Shown piece after piece: positions 8,959 to 18,040 of a stretch of DNA of 35,693 nt. The notes beneath the pieces are model-generated. The model was not told where the DNA came from and made no database searches. It saw only the letters and a program-made list of their open reading frames with translations. Every line of letters begins with the position of its first letter. The first letter of the stretch is position 1. This DNA is from Oscillatoriaceae cyanobacterium (GTDB lineage: Bacteria > Cyanobacteriota > Sericytochromatia > S15B-MN24 > JAQBPE01). Made by a program: the position numbers and the translations under genes. The DNA lies in assembly GCA_036703175.1 (NCBI GenBank), contig DATNPP010000195.1, positions 1 to 35,693 of the forward strand. The letters are read 5' to 3'.

Positions 8959-11301
8959 ATGTCCGGCATCCCCCTCGCACCACGGCCCAGCTGGCGCCGC
9001 CTGGCCCCTTGGCTTGGAGCGCTCGGCCTGCTCTTCACCATGCTCGGCGTGGTGTTCGGACCGGGGCTCGTCGGCACGGCCGGAATCGACGGCGCCTCAT
9101 TGTTGCCTTACGAGGATGCGCTATACCAGCCCAAGGTGCCGTGCACCTCGCCGATTCTGAATCAAGACACGACGCCCGAGACTTACAACCAGCCATGGGA
9201 CACGCTCGCCTGGCGAGAGATCAGCGCCGGAGAATGGCCGCTGTGGGATCCGAACAACGGCTTTGGAATGCCGCTTCTGGGCAGCGGACAATCCGCGCCG
9301 TTCAATCCCCTCAAGTTGTTGCTGGCGGGCGGCGCCGTGGGGGTGCCGGAGGCATGGTTCTTGGTCTCCCGGCTCGCGGTCGCGGGCATCGGCGCCTTGT
9401 TGCTCGCGAGAGCCCTCGGCCTCGGCGCGATCGCCAGCACCCTCGTCGCCGTCGCATTCATGGGCAACGGCAACTTCGCCTACCACTTTCACTACAGTGA
9501 CGTCCATGCGCTCGTGATGCTGCCTTGGCTACTCTTGGCGGGTGAGCGAATGCTGGACGTACCGAATGCGCGGAATGCGACGATCTTCGGAGCCACAATC
9601 GCCCTAACCGGGGCGCTGGGGCATCCCGAGGCGGCCCTGTATGCGGCCGCGGGCGCCGTCGTTTCGGTGGCGTTCGGAGCGATCGCCCGGCGCCGGCAAG
9701 GCTCGCGCGTGTGGGCCTGCCTTGGGGTAACCTGCCTGCTGGCAATCGGTCTTTCCTGTGTGACGCTGCTGCCCTTCCTCGAGCTGGTCCACAACGGAAA
9801 TGGCTACATGTTCGACCCCCAGCAGGCCAACCCGGCGCGCTGGTACGGCTTCCGCGCCAAGCTGGCCTTAGTGGGGCTGCACCTGCTCTCGCCCACGGCC
9901 CGGCCGGACGCCTTCACGTTCAACGCCTTCGCGGGCATCGTGCCGCTCGGTCTCGCACCCCTCGGCTGGCGCTCACGCGCCTTGCGGCCGGCCCTATCGC
10001 TCGTCGCCGTGTCCGTCACGCTCTTGATTTTGGGCTACCCCGGCCGTTACGTGCCCCTCGTCACCCCGGCGCCCGACGCAGGCTACGTGCCCGCTCTTAT
10101 CGCGATGGCCGTGGCCCTGCTGGCCGGCGGGGGGCTTCAACGCCTCGAATCGAAGCCTTGGGGGAGGGAGGTGATTCTCGCCGGAATCGGCGCCGGGACC
10201 CTGACGCTCGCGTCCGGATGGCTTGCGCACACGGCGGCCGTCCGGCACCTCGGAGACTTTCGAGCCGCCGCCGCCGCCGCGCTGATCGCCACGCTGACCC
10301 TATTGCTCGTGCGTGCGCCACGGGCCCGTGCGTTGACGATGCTGGGCGTGACCGCGCTCGAGCTCGGTTGGTGCCTGCACACCGCCAACCCGCCGCAGCC
10401 GCCTTTCGCCTACCCGAGCACCCCGATTCTGCGCTACCTGGCCGACCAGCCGCGCCCCTTCCGGGTCACCGGCGGGCTTTCCGCGCTATTGCCCAACACC
10501 AACGTCGTCTACGGCATCGATTCGCTCGACGCTGAGGACGCTTTTCACAGCGGGCGCTACGCCGCGTTCATGAGCGCCCTTCTGGGCAAGTCGGTTCCCG
10601 CCAGCAACTTGTTCGCCCTCTATGTGCCGACGCCCGGCGAGCGGCCGCTCCCATTCAGCGCCCCCCTGCTCGATCTGGCGAATGTGCGGTACGTGCTCGA
10701 TGCGCCGGACCGGTACCACCTGGATCACCTGCGGCCATGGCTCACGCACGATCCCGTTGTGATGCGTCAAGGCAGCGTGACGCTGTACCGAAACCCCGAT
10801 GTGATGCCGCGCGCCTTTGTGGCGTACTCCGCAGACTACACGCTCCAAGGCGTCGTCGGCGCTGAGCGCCGCCTCGCAGCGACCCCTTCGCGTTGGCTCG
10901 ACCACGCCCTCATCGAGACGCCGGGCGGCCTCGCGCCGCGTGGCTACGCCAACACTGCCGCCCCGATCACCCCCGCTCGCGTCATCCGGCACGGCACGCA
11001 ATCCGTCAGCGTGGAAGCGACATTGCCACGGCCCGGCTGGTTGATCCTTACAGACGCCTTCTATCCCGGCTGGCAAGCACGGGTCGATGGCGCCCCCGCG
11101 ACCATCTATCCGGCCGACGTGGCCTTTCGAGGCGTCTACCTTCCAGCCGGACGACACCGCGTAGACTTCCGCTACGCGCCCAGGAGCTTCCGCCTCGGCC
11201 TGTGGGTGAGCTTGGCGTTCGCCGCGTTCGCGGCGCTTCTGCTGGTGCGGCTGGACCGCGTGCGCTTTGGCCTGCCGTTAGCGCCAACTTCGCGCGGGTA
11301 A
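8959..11301 (+). CDS. YfhO-family membrane protein (putative GT-C glycosyltransferase), copy 1
   Basis: ORF 8701.. trimmed to the ATG at 8959 (MSGIPLAPRPSWRRLAPWLGALGLLF). It is polytopic. The C-terminal YPGWQARVDGAPATIYPADVAFRGVYLPAGRHRVDFRYAP block matches my recollection of the YfhO family C-terminus. Confidence 0.65.
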   Translation: MSGIPLAPRPSWRRLAPWLGALGLLFTMLGVVFGPGLVGTAGIDGASLLPYEDALYQPKVPCTSPILNQDTTPETYNQPWDTLAWREISAGEWPLWDPNNGFGMPLLGSGQSAPFNPLKLLLAGGAVGVPEAWFLVSRLAVAGIGALLLARALGLGAIASTLVAVAFMGNGNFAYHFHYSDVHALVMLPWLLLAGERMLDVPNARNATIFGATIALTGALGHPEAALYAAAGAVVSVAFGAIARRRQGSRVWACLGVTCLLAIGLSCVTLLPFLELVHNGNGYMFDPQQANPARWYGFRAKLALVGLHLLSPTARPDAFTFNAFAGIVPLGLAPLGWRSRALRPALSLVAVSVTLLILGYPGRYVPLVTPAPDAGYVPALIAMAVALLAGGGLQRLESKPWGREVILAGIGAGTLTLASGWLAHTAAVRHLGDFRAAAAAALIATLTLLLVRAPRARALTMLGVTALELGWCLHTANPPQPPFAYPSTPILRYLADQPRPFRVTGGLSALLPNTNVVYGIDSLDAEDAFHSGRYAAFMSALLGKSVPASNLFALYVPTPGERPLPFSAPLLDLANVRYVLDAPDRYHLDHLRPWLTHDPVVMRQGSVTLYRNPDVMPRAFVAYSADYTLQGVVGAERRLAATPSRWLDHALIETPGGLAPRGYANTAAPITPARVIRHGTQSVSVEATLPRPGWLILTDAFYPGWQARVDGAPATIYPADVAFRGVYLPAGRHRVDFRYAPRSFRLGLWVSLAFAAFAALLLVRLDRVRFGLPLAPTSRG

Positions 11302-11311
11302 ATCTGAGGGT

Positions 11312-13636
11312 ATGACTCTCTCGTCGGGCGTCGCCCCCGCCGCTGTTCGCTCCCGTGGCTGGCTCTGGGCATTCCTCTTCGTCACCACGCTGCTGGTCGG
11401 GGTCTATGCCCAGGGCCTCGTCGGCGCCAAGAGTATCGACGGCGCGGGGCTGCTGCCTTACATGGACACGCTCTATGGACCGTTGCACAACTGTCCCTCG
11501 CGTCTCGCATTCAAAGACCCGACGCCCGCGGTATACAACCAGCCTTGGGACAGCGTCGCCTGGCGCCAGTTGCGCGCGGGGCACTTTCCGCTGTGGCAGC
11601 CCCATAACGGCTTCGGCGTTCCCTTGCTTGCGAGCGGCCAGGCTGCTCCGTTCAATCCGCTCAAATTGATCCTCGGCTTTGGCGCCACCGGCATCGCCGA
11701 GGCCTGGTTTCTGCTGCTACGACTCGAATTGGGCGCCTTGGGCATGTTGCTTTTGGCACGACGTTTCCGCTGGAAAGCGAGCACAGGCGTGCTCGTCGCG
11801 ACCGGCTTCATCTTCAGCGGCAACTTCATCTACCACGTCCAGTACTCGGATACGAGCACCTTCGTGGCCCTGCCCTGGCTGCTTTTGGCCGGTGAGGCCC
11901 TGCTCGACACCCCCAGCGCCCGCAACACCGTGCTGTTCGGGGCCGCCATCGGACTCGCCGGCTTGCTCGGGCACCCGGAACCCGCCGTGCTGGCGGCCGC
12001 TGGCACCGTACTCGCCGTGTTGCTCGGCGTGAGGCAAGCGCAGGCGCCTTGGCGCACCCTCCTCGCCTGTGTCGGAGCGTGCGGGCTCGGGATGGCTTTC
12101 GACGCCTTCACCCTGTTGCCCTTCTTCGAGTTGGTGCGCCACAGTGACAGCTACCTCTACGACGTCGCCCACCGCGTCGCCGTCACCGCGCAAGACACCT
12201 TCAAGGCCAAGTTCGTATTGCTCACCGTACACCTGTTCTCGCCCGACGCGCGGCCGGAGTTCATGAACTTCAACGACTATGCCGGCGCGGCGCCTTTGGC
12301 GCTCGCGCCGTGGGGATTCTCGGATCGGCCCGCGCGGCGCCTCGCGATCGCCCTCGGCAGTGTGGCGGCCCTCGTCCTGCTGACTTGCCCGCCTGGCCAG
12401 CATTTGAGCATCTTGCCCGTTTCGCCGAACTCGAACTATGTCTCGGCCCTCCTGGTGACGGCCCTCGTGCTGCTCGCCGGTGCCGGGTTGGAGCGTCTGC
12501 GCGCCACCCCGCAGCAAGCGCCGGCTTGCGTCGTCTTCGGGGGCGCCCTGACGCTTGTCGCCGTTGCGCTGCAGTGGCAGGCCCAACGCATGCACCTCGG
12601 AGATTTCCGGGTTTTCCTCGTGACGGCCCCCGCCTGCGCCGTCGCGATCGCCGCCCTGCGCTGGAAGCCGCGTGCGGCCACCGCCAGTCTCCTGCTCGTC
12701 TCCAGCCTCGGCCTCGCCTGGCAAGCCAACGCGGCGACGCCTGCCTTGCCGCGCTTCGATTACGCCAATACGCCCATCCTGAACTACCTCGAAGCCCACG
12801 CGGGTGACGCCCGCGTCACCGGAGGTCTGCGCTGCTTGCTGCCCGACACCAACCTCATGCACGGGCTGGACTCGCTCGACAGCTACGAAGTGTTTCACCC
12901 CAAGCGCTACGTCGCCTACATGCGGAAGCTGCTCGGGCGTACGCCACACGAAATGGGCTGGCTCGGCGTCGACGGCCCGTTCGACCCCACCTTGCTCGAT
13001 CTCGCCGGCGTGCGCTACCTCGTGCTCGCGAGCCCGGACCTGAACCTCGACGGTGCGATCGACCGCTTCCGCGCCGAAGTGCGAGAGTTGAGAGGCTATC
13101 CGCTCCTCATGCGGCAGGGGCGCGCGATGCTCTTCGAAAACCCGCATGCAATGCCGCGCGCCTTCACCGTCTCGGCCGCCGACTACGTGAGCGACTTCAA
13201 CGCCGCCGTCCTTCGCCTCGACGCAACGCCCGCGCGCTACAGAGCGCGCGCGCTCATCGAATCCCCCGGGGGCGCTCCGCCGAACTGGCGAGACGATGCT
13301 GCCTCCCCGCGCCCCGTGCGCATCCGCCGTGGCGACGACGGCTCGGTCGACGCCGCCGTCACCTTGCAATGCCCTGCCTGGTTGGTGCTCAGCGACCTCG
13401 CTTACCCCGGCTGGCGCGCTGAGGTCGATGGCGTCCCTGCGGCGATCCGTCCCGCCGACGTCGCCTTTCGCGCCGTCTATCTCGGCGCCGGCGCGCACCG
13501 CGTGCGGTTCTACTATCGACCGACCAGCTTCGCGCTCGGCGGACTGATCTCGTTGCTCGCGTGCGGACTGGCGGTAATCTTGCTGATCGCGAAGCCGCTG
13601 CTCGCCCTCGGGCGAGTCTCCGAACCATCCCTGTGA
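11312..13636 (+). CDS. YfhO-family membrane protein (putative GT-C glycosyltransferase), copy 2
   Basis: Starts 10 nt after copy 1 (GAGGG RBS). It is collinear with copy 1 (NQPWD.AWR, PLW.P.NGFG.PLL.SGQ.APFNPLKL, YPGWRAEVDGVPAAIRPADVAFRAVYLGAGAHRVRFYYRP). Confidence 0.65.
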   Translation: MTLSSGVAPAAVRSRGWLWAFLFVTTLLVGVYAQGLVGAKSIDGAGLLPYMDTLYGPLHNCPSRLAFKDPTPAVYNQPWDSVAWRQLRAGHFPLWQPHNGFGVPLLASGQAAPFNPLKLILGFGATGIAEAWFLLLRLELGALGMLLLARRFRWKASTGVLVATGFIFSGNFIYHVQYSDTSTFVALPWLLLAGEALLDTPSARNTVLFGAAIGLAGLLGHPEPAVLAAAGTVLAVLLGVRQAQAPWRTLLACVGACGLGMAFDAFTLLPFFELVRHSDSYLYDVAHRVAVTAQDTFKAKFVLLTVHLFSPDARPEFMNFNDYAGAAPLALAPWGFSDRPARRLAIALGSVAALVLLTCPPGQHLSILPVSPNSNYVSALLVTALVLLAGAGLERLRATPQQAPACVVFGGALTLVAVALQWQAQRMHLGDFRVFLVTAPACAVAIAALRWKPRAATASLLLVSSLGLAWQANAATPALPRFDYANTPILNYLEAHAGDARVTGGLRCLLPDTNLMHGLDSLDSYEVFHPKRYVAYMRKLLGRTPHEMGWLGVDGPFDPTLLDLAGVRYLVLASPDLNLDGAIDRFRAEVRELRGYPLLMRQGRAMLFENPHAMPRAFTVSAADYVSDFNAAVLRLDATPARYRARALIESPGGAPPNWRDDAASPRPVRIRRGDDGSVDAAVTLQCPAWLVLSDLAYPGWRAEVDGVPAAIRPADVAFRAVYLGAGAHRVRFYYRPTSFALGGLISLLACGLAVILLIAKPLLALGRVSEPSL

Positions 13637-13699
13637 GCCAGAAACCGCCCTTCGATTGCGATTGAGGCGGCAAACGAACGGGTAAACGAAACGAGCACG

Positions 13700-15322
13700 A
13701 TGGCCGACTCCGATACCTCCAACACGCCCAAACGCCACCTCGCCAGCGAGTTTGCCCTGCTGGTGATCTTGGGCGTCTGGCTCGTTCCGTTCGTGTTTTC
13801 CACCTACTTCCGCCCGGACGAGTTCACCCTGCTGAGCGGCGCGTTGCGCCAGCTCCATGGTCAGGTCGTCTACCGGGACTACTTCGAATTCACCGCGCCC
13901 CTGGTCACATGGCTACCTGCGGCGCTCTATTGGCTGGCAGGTCCCAGCTTGTTGGAGGCGCGCTTATTACAGGCCGCGTGCCTGTGCCTGGCCGGCTGGC
14001 AACTCTACGGCCTCGCGCGGCGCGTCGGCTGTGGCCCCTGGAGCGCGACGATACCCGGGCTCGCACTCGGCGTGGTGTTCTATCCCATCTGGCCCGGCTA
14101 CAGCCACCATTGGATCACGCTGGTCTTTCTATTCGGCGCCTTGCACGCCCTGTTTCGCGCGCTGGAGAGCCGCGGCGCGCGGTGGTGGGGGCTCGCCGGC
14201 GCCTGCGGCGCCCTCGATCTCTTGACGATGCAGTCGGATGGCGTGGCCCTGTTGCTCTTTCTGGCGGCCACGCCGCTCGCTGACTGGGCGATGGGCGCGC
14301 GTTCGCTGCGTTCCGCGCTCATGCAGACGCTTGCGGTGCTGACCGGCGCCCTGCCGCCGCTCCTTGCGTGCGCCGCGTACCTCGCGGCGCACCATGCGCT
14401 GCGCGCCGCCTACGTGAACGTCTTCGTCTGGCCGCTCACGCACTACAAAACGCCCGGCAACGTCAACGACATCAAGTGGGCCACCATGCTGCCGGGCGAG
14501 ATCGCGACCAACACCCCGCATTGGGTCAACCTGCCGACTTGGTACATCTCGCTGTTCCACGCCGTCACACTCTACGCCCTGCTGCCGGGCGTCGCGGCGA
14601 TCGCGGTTGCCTGGGGTCTCGGCCTCGTTTATCGGCGCCTCCGCACGCGTGTCCCGTGGCGCGCCGACGAGCGGCGTCTGGCACTCGTCGGCGCGCTGGC
14701 AACGGGGCTATCTCTCGTGATGCTCAAGGGCAGCGGCGACACCGTGCACACGGCCCAGTACGCGATCTTGCCGCTCCTGTTCGTGACGGCGATCGCCGCG
14801 CGCAGCCTCGACGTATGGACCGCGCCACAGTTCGCGCTCATCAAGCGCCTACCGCTATTCGCGTTGCTCACCTTCGTGGCCTCGGGCGCCTGGCTTTTCG
14901 TGTGCCAAGCACGACAAGCACCGAAGCTTTGGCTTTCGTTCGGCAATCCAGACGCCAAACTGGCCCACAGCCCGATCTTCGAGTACCTCATGGCCCATAC
15001 CGACGCCCACGACACCATCGCCGCGATGCCCTTCGGCGGCCTCTACAACTTCTACACGCGCCCGGCCGCCACGCGCTACACCTTGATGGGCCCGCTCACC
15101 GAGCACTACTACACGCTCGCCGAGGTACTCGACTTCGAGCAGGAAATCGAACGGAACCGGCCCAAATTCGTCGTGATCGACTTCCCCTACCGCACGATTC
15201 GCGACCCCGCCCTGTACCTGCCCAAACCCCTGCCGGGCTACCACTTCGTCGCTTGCTTGCCGGACGCCGACGCGGAGAATCGCTTCCCCGTCAGCATCTT
15301 CGAGCGAAACGACGCACGCTGA
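13700..15322 (+). CDS. Polytopic membrane protein, ArnT/PMT_2-like GT-C glycosyltransferase candidate
   Basis: 540 aa with about 10 or more hydrophobic segments. The first loop carries YFRPDEFTLL and YRDYFEFTAPL (GT-C-like acidic loop). The C-terminal domain is soluble. Confidence 0.5.
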   Translation: MADSDTSNTPKRHLASEFALLVILGVWLVPFVFSTYFRPDEFTLLSGALRQLHGQVVYRDYFEFTAPLVTWLPAALYWLAGPSLLEARLLQAACLCLAGWQLYGLARRVGCGPWSATIPGLALGVVFYPIWPGYSHHWITLVFLFGALHALFRALESRGARWWGLAGACGALDLLTMQSDGVALLLFLAATPLADWAMGARSLRSALMQTLAVLTGALPPLLACAAYLAAHHALRAAYVNVFVWPLTHYKTPGNVNDIKWATMLPGEIATNTPHWVNLPTWYISLFHAVTLYALLPGVAAIAVAWGLGLVYRRLRTRVPWRADERRLALVGALATGLSLVMLKGSGDTVHTAQYAILPLLFVTAIAARSLDVWTAPQFALIKRLPLFALLTFVASGAWLFVCQARQAPKLWLSFGNPDAKLAHSPIFEYLMAHTDAHDTIAAMPFGGLYNFYTRPAATRYTLMGPLTEHYYTLAEVLDFEQEIERNRPKFVVIDFPYRTIRDPALYLPKPLPGYHFVACLPDADAENRFPVSIFERNDAR

Positions 15323-15350
15323 CGCGGAACTGGCCCTTCCACGCCGCGCG

Positions 15351-15359
15351 TGCTAGAAT
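15351..15359 (+). promoter_or_regulatory. Extended -10 promoter element TGCTAGAAT upstream of mce-sucCD
   Basis: TGnTAGAAT lies 40 nt upstream of the mce ATG. The -35 is weak (TGGCCC at 17-nt spacing). Confidence 0.4.
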
Positions 15360-15398
15360 CCCTTGGCTCAAGCGCACTAGCGGCTTCGGAGGAGGGTT

Positions 15399-15845
15399 AT
15401 GTTCAGCGAATGGACCATCGGCCCGATCGACCACGTCGGCATCGCCGTGGAGAACCTCGAACGGTCGCTGGTCATCTATCGCGACACCCTGGGCCTGCCG
15501 CTCGCCGAGATCGAGGAAGTGCCGGATCAAAAGGTCCGCACCGCCATCTTTTCCGACGGCACGGGCCGCGTCGAGCTTCTCGAGCCGACGAGCCCCGACA
15601 GTCCGATCGCCAAGTTCCTCGCCAAGCGCGGCGAGGGCATCCATCACCTGGCGCTGCGCGTGACGGACATCCAGCAGAAACTGGAGGAGCTTGGCGCGGC
15701 GGGCGTCCAGCTGATCGACACGACGCCCCGCATCGGTGCGGGCGGCCATCTGATCGCCTTCGTGCACCCCAAATCCATGGGCGGTGTGCTCCTCGAGCTC
15801 ACGCAGCCCTGCCCCCACGCGGACAGCGAACTCTCCCGCCACTAG
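15399..15845 (+). CDS. mce: Methylmalonyl-CoA epimerase (VOC/glyoxalase-fold)
   Basis: 148 aa with [24 protein letters not shown] and [14 protein letters not shown] are metal-ligand blocks typical of MCE. It sits directly upstream of sucCD. Confidence 0.75.
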   Translation: MFSEWTIGPIDHVGIAVENLERSLVIYRDTLGLPLAEIEEVPDQKVRTAIFSDGTGRVELLEPTSPDSPIAKFLAKRGEGIHHLALRVTDIQQKLEELGAAGVQLIDTTPRIGAGGHLIAFVHPKSMGGVLLELTQPCPHADSELSRH

Positions 15846-15865
15846 ACAAAGGAGACTCCGGCTCA

Positions 15866-17002
15866 ATGAAGATCCACGAATACCAGGGCAAGCTCTTGAT
15901 GGAGAAATTCAACATTCCCACCACCAAGGGCCGCGTCGCCGACACTCCGGACGAAGCCAAGACGATCGCCTCGGACATCGGCAAGCCCGTCGCCATCAAA
16001 GCCCAGGTGCATGTGGGCGGCCGCGGCAAGGCCGGCGGCATCAAGCTCGCCAACAACCCGCAAGAAGCCTACGACGCCGCGCAGCAGATCCTCGGCATGA
16101 ACCTCAAGGGCCTGACGGTCAAGCGCGTGCTGGTGGAAGAGGCGATCCAGATTGAGACCGAGTACTACATCGGCATGCTCGTGGACCGCGACGCCCGCCG
16201 GGTGATCGTGATGGCCTCGGCCGAGGGCGGCGTCGAGATCGAAGAAGTCGCCGAGAAGACCCCCGAGAAGATCGCCAAGCTCTGGGTCGACCCCGCCGTG
16301 GGATTGCAGGACTACCAGATTCGCGACCTGATCTTCGGCGCCGGCTTCGATCGCAAGTACGTCAAGGAGGCCACGAGCTTCCTGCGCAACCTCTACGCGT
16401 GTTTGATCGGCACCGATGCGGACCTCGCCGAGATCAACCCCCTCGCGGTCACCAAGGACGGCCGCATGGTCGCCGCCGACGCGAAGATCACGATCGACGA
16501 CAACGCGCTCTTCCGCCATTCGGATCTCGCCGGCTGGAAGGAATCCGAGGAAGGCAACGAGCTGGAGGAAGAGGCCGGCCGTCGCGGGCTCACCTACGTC
16601 CACCTGGGCGGCAACATCGGCATCATCGGCAACGGCGCGGGCCTCGTGATGACGTCGCTCGACGTCGTCTCGCGCGAGGGCGGCAAGCCGGCGAACTTTC
16701 TGGACATCGGCGGCGGCGCGAAGGCCGACGTGGTGCGCAACGCCCTCGACGTCGTGCGCCAGGAGCCGGGCCTCAAGGGCATCATGATCAACATCTTCGG
16801 CGGCATCACCCGCTGCGACGAAGTCGCCAAGGGCATCATCGAGGCCACCAAGACGATGGATCTGAACGTGCCCGTCGTCGTCCGCCTGGCCGGCACGGCC
16901 GAGGCCGAGGGCCAGAAGATCCTCGAAGGCACGAAGTTCACCCCTGCGAGCAGCATGCAGGACGCGGCCCAGAAGGTCGTCTCCCTGGCCGGTCTGAAGT
17001 AA
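15866..17002 (+). CDS. sucC: Succinate--CoA ligase (ADP-forming) beta subunit
   Basis: The in-frame ATG at 15866 gives [18 protein letters not shown], the canonical SucC N-terminus. The upstream 172 codons of ORF 15350.. overlap mce and were discarded. Confidence 0.95.
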   Translation: MKIHEYQGKLLMEKFNIPTTKGRVADTPDEAKTIASDIGKPVAIKAQVHVGGRGKAGGIKLANNPQEAYDAAQQILGMNLKGLTVKRVLVEEAIQIETEYYIGMLVDRDARRVIVMASAEGGVEIEEVAEKTPEKIAKLWVDPAVGLQDYQIRDLIFGAGFDRKYVKEATSFLRNLYACLIGTDADLAEINPLAVTKDGRMVAADAKITIDDNALFRHSDLAGWKESEEGNELEEEAGRRGLTYVHLGGNIGIIGNGAGLVMTSLDVVSREGGKPANFLDIGGGAKADVVRNALDVVRQEPGLKGIMINIFGGITRCDEVAKGIIEATKTMDLNVPVVVRLAGTAEAEGQKILEGTKFTPASSMQDAAQKVVSLAGLK

Positions 17003-17012
17003 GGAGCCGAAA

Positions 17013-17897
17013 ATGAGCATTCTCGTCAACAAAAACACCAAGCTGCTGGTCCAGGGCATCACCGGCCGCGAGGGCGCGTTCCACACCGCCAAGATGATCG
17101 AGGTGGGCACCCAGGTGGTCGCCGGCGTCACGCCCGGCAAGGGCGGCCAGACCGACCCGAACGGCGTGCCGATTTTCAACACCGTCGCCGAGGCCGTCGC
17201 CAAGACCGGCGCCAACGCGAGCATCATCTTCGTGCCGCCGCCGTTTGCGGCCGACGCCATGCTCGAGGCCTTCGCGGCCGAGATTCCGCTGGTCGTCTGC
17301 ATCACCGAGGGCGTGCCCGTGCACGACATGATCAAGGTCTACGACCGCATGCTCGTGAGCAAGAGCCGTCTGATCGGCCCCAACTGCCCGGGCCTGATCA
17401 CCCCCGGCGAGGCCAAGCTGGGCATCATGCCGGCGCACATCTTCAAGGACGGCAACGTCGGCATGATCAGCCGCTCCGGCACGCTGACCTACGAGCTCGT
17501 GGCCGAGCTGTCGAGCCGCAACCTCGGCATCAGCACCTGCGTGGGCATCGGCGGCGACCCGATCATCGGCACCACGTTCCTCGACTGCCTCAAGCTGTTC
17601 GAGGCCGATCCCGAGACCGAGATCGTCGTGATGGCCGGTGAGATCGGCGGCGCGATGGAAGAGATCGCGGCCGAGTACATCAAGACCATGAAGACCCCCG
17701 TGATCGGCTTCATCTCGGGCCGCACGGCGCCTCCGGGCAAGCGCATGGGCCACGCCGGCGCGATCGTCAGCGGCGGCAAGGGCACGGCCGAGGCCAAGGT
17801 GAAGGCCCTCACCGAGGCGGGTGTGCCGGTGCCGTTGCGCATGCACGAGGTGATCGACGAGGTCGAGAAGAAGCTCAAGTCGCTCGCCAAGGTGTAA
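17013..17897 (+). CDS. sucD: Succinate--CoA ligase alpha subunit
   Basis: AAGGAG RBS. Motifs: [30 protein letters not shown], and [14 protein letters not shown] (phosphohistidine loop). Confidence 0.95.
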   Translation: MSILVNKNTKLLVQGITGREGAFHTAKMIEVGTQVVAGVTPGKGGQTDPNGVPIFNTVAEAVAKTGANASIIFVPPPFAADAMLEAFAAEIPLVVCITEGVPVHDMIKVYDRMLVSKSRLIGPNCPGLITPGEAKLGIMPAHIFKDGNVGMISRSGTLTYELVAELSSRNLGISTCVGIGGDPIIGTTFLDCLKLFEADPETEIVVMAGEIGGAMEEIAAEYIKTMKTPVIGFISGRTAPPGKRMGHAGAIVSGGKGTAEAKVKALTEAGVPVPLRMHEVIDEVEKKLKSLAKV

Positions 17898-17908
17898 ACC
17901 GAAGCAGC

Positions 17909-17940
17909 AAGCCGGTCGAGGCAACTCGGCCGGCTTTTTT
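17909..17940 (+). terminator. Rho-independent terminator after sucD
   Basis: GCCGGTCGAG-GCAA-CTCGGCCGGC stem (one G:U pair) followed by TTTTTT. Confidence 0.8.
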
Positions 17941-17964
17941 CATGCGTGCGGTGTCAAGGGGCTC

Positions 17965-17993
17965 TTTACAAGCTGACAGGGGTTGGTTAAGAT
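17965..17993 (+). promoter_or_regulatory. Sigma70-like promoter TTTACA-N17-TAAGAT
   Basis: The hexamers are spaced by exactly 17 nt in an AT-richer spacer, 48 nt upstream of the ATG at 18041. Confidence 0.45.
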
Positions 17994-18040
17994 AAGATTA
18001 GGAGTTGGATAACCAGAGCTTAATTTACATAGGAGGTCTC

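Noticed and set aside
11717-13858. 713-aa minus-strand ORF
   Set aside because: It is antisense to YfhO copy 2. Its low-complexity Arg/Gly/Glu-rich translation marks it as a shadow ORF.
15350-15865. 172-codon N-terminal extension of the sucC ORF
   Set aside because: It overlaps the mce gene in another frame. The canonical SucC N-terminus MKIHEYQGK begins at 15866.
15863-17924. 490-aa and 328-aa minus-strand ORFs (15863..17335 and 16938..17924)
   Set aside because: They are antisense to the unmistakable sucC and sucD, so they are shadow ORFs.
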